From positions 6,696,001 through 6,760,000 of the forward strand of contig OZ193909.1 in assembly GCA_964276515.1 (NCBI GenBank): DNA of 64,000 nucleotides. The letters run 5' to 3'. The stretch is from Gordius albopunctatus. Lineage: Eukaryota. Made by a program: the position numbers and the translations under genes. Below are positions 62,171 through 64,000 of the stretch, piece after piece. The notes below the pieces were generated by a model, which saw nothing but the letters and a program-made list of their open reading frames with translations, had not been told where the DNA came from and made no database searches. Position 1 is the stretch's first letter. Each line of letters opens with the position of its first letter.

Positions 62171-63914
62171 CTAGCGGATGGACCGTTAACGACTCTGCAA
62201 GATTCATCAGCCCTGTTCTCGGCAGGCGTAAAAAGTATGTTATCCTCGATGTTGTTGTCGTCGACATTACTGACGTATCGCACGGAGGAAGGATTAACTG
62301 CCATTTGGCTGATGGCTTTAAGCAAGTGCGCTTTAGAAAAATCGCCGGGTGGGATGGGGTGCAAACTACCAAATTCACCGGCCCCGTTTGAGGGTTCGGC
62401 GTGGAGATGAGGGTAATTATTGTTGGTGGACGATTGTCTCCGAGGAGAAGGCATTTGAAAACCGTCGTCGAGAAAAGGAGGAAATTTTTTAGCCACGCAA
62501 ATGCTATTATATTCCATTTCGCGCTCTGGCATGCACGAAGAGTGCCGGGGTTGCGAGGCGTGAGCGCGGGTTGCGGGAGAAGGGATATCAGGTAAGAAAA
62601 ATTTAAAAGGTCGCACCGGAGGCTGGTAATCGCACGTAACTGGTTGGCAGAGAGAATCCTTTTGCAACGTAGCTGGTCGTGGTGAGTTAGCTAAAAAGCG
62701 ATACGATACCAGTGAGAAATTAGGTTAATTAAGTGAACATCGAAGGATGCTAATTGGACACAAACACCATGGGCTTTTATGTGATAAAGCGCAGGTCTAG
62801 CCTATGTGATTATGTAGATCAGGCATTTTCCTAGTCCTTACTTTTAGATTAAAGGTTGTAAAATTAGCATACACCTAAGATCAACTTAAAAGTGGTGTAG
62901 GGAAAAAGTTAAAGCAGCAAAAACAAACGAGCAATTAAGCATTAGACTTCGTAGCAGCTAGAAACAAACATTTAGTCCAGGATTATTTATTTCTCATCCA
63001 TTTAATTTCCAGTTGATAAAAAACAAACAACATAATATATTCTTATAATAATTGATTATACAACCATTTATAAATATTTTTTGTAAAAATCTAATTTTCG
63101 AATTCCTGACCAACCCATAGCCCACCCCAAACTTTTCACTATTAAAGTTTGATAACGGGTCATAAAGAAGGGTACATTGTGAAACTGGTGATTTTATATT
63201 GGATCGACATAGGTTATGATTTTTTACTAATTCGACCACATTAACCTCACAATTTGAGGTTTTTTTGTTAAATTCTTTTGTGAGGAGAGCGCCAATACTT
63301 TCGAAACAGAGAAATCACAAGAACGAGCCCGAGCGTGATTTTGACACTTTTAACGTACATAACAATAAAAATATTGGCCCGAAATGACTAAAATTTTCAG
63401 AAATTAATATAATATAAGAGACCTATACCACCAAAAATTATCCAAATCTGAGATGATCGGTCAAAAATCGTCTTTTTTGACGATTCGACACAGAATGGCC
63501 CATATAAGAAAATTGCAAAGCGATGCAAATTAAAAATATGGGCCATATAAATATGTTTTGATATTAATAAATTTCAAATTTACATAATTAATGCTAGTTA
63601 ATTTAAAGGTAAACAAGTAGCATTGTCATAATTGTAAGATTTTTCTCTCTCGAAATTTAGCACTTGTAATACTAAACTTGCTCTCTCTCGCTAGCATTAT
63701 AACAAGACTGCAAAGAGAGTAGAAGAATACCTTTGAGATTTATGTTGGAATCCTGAAGAACGGTCTCAATCGCCTTTTCTAGCCCCGTTACAGGCAGAGA
63801 GGATCTATGGTAGGGCTGATTCAAACTCGAATTTGAGTCACCAATCGTCCCTGGTTCGGAATCGCAGGGATATGAGGGTATAGGTTGGCGCGATATGTTG
63901 TAGGCTAGGGTCAA
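62171..63914 (-). CDS. Unidentified Pro/Ser-rich protein exons (about 63914/63904-63731 and 62690-62171); may be upstream exons of the zinc-finger gene or a separate gene
   Basis: GC-richer open frames. Donor AAAG|GTATTC at 63731 joins in phase with acceptor TTTTTAG|CT at 62690 (NLK-A-NSPRPATLQKDS). No recognisable domain. Confidence 0.5.
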
Positions 63915-64000
63915 CTGAAAGTCACAATACATCAATTTTTTGAATATTTTATTGAAGAACAACATTCGAATTAGGTAAGTTATTTATTACTAGCGCAACA

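Overview
AT-rich animal (probably invertebrate) genomic DNA with many introns. Bases ~317-48306 (+) hold the 3' part of one giant titin/twitchin/projectin-family gene. I traced 79 GT-AG exons by hand (16,061 nt, ~5,350 codons, reading frame consistent from end to end). They encode about 34 Fn3 and 16 Ig-I domains, partly in the Ig-Fn-Fn-Ig-Fn-Fn-Fn order of the vertebrate titin D-zone. The protein ends in a Ser/Arg-rich tail with no kinase domain, and several domains carry long loop insertions. The splice signals are unusual: 23 of 79 inferred acceptors are AAG/GAG, many lack a polypyrimidine tract, only 22 of 78 donors have G at +5, and introns can be as short as 34-48 nt. The introns contain hAT-type MITEs with 8-bp TSDs, a decayed hAT transposase, a Helentron/DINE-1-like element and a perfect 93-bp triplication. 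Downstream are a decayed Gypsy LTR retrotransposon (49989-54885), a divergent C2H2 zinc-finger gene on the minus strand (~58.3-60.2 kb), unidentified minus-strand exons (62-64 kb) and a decayed duplicate of one of them (~55.75-56.4 kb). All exon boundaries are inferred from frame and domain continuity; I had no transcript data.
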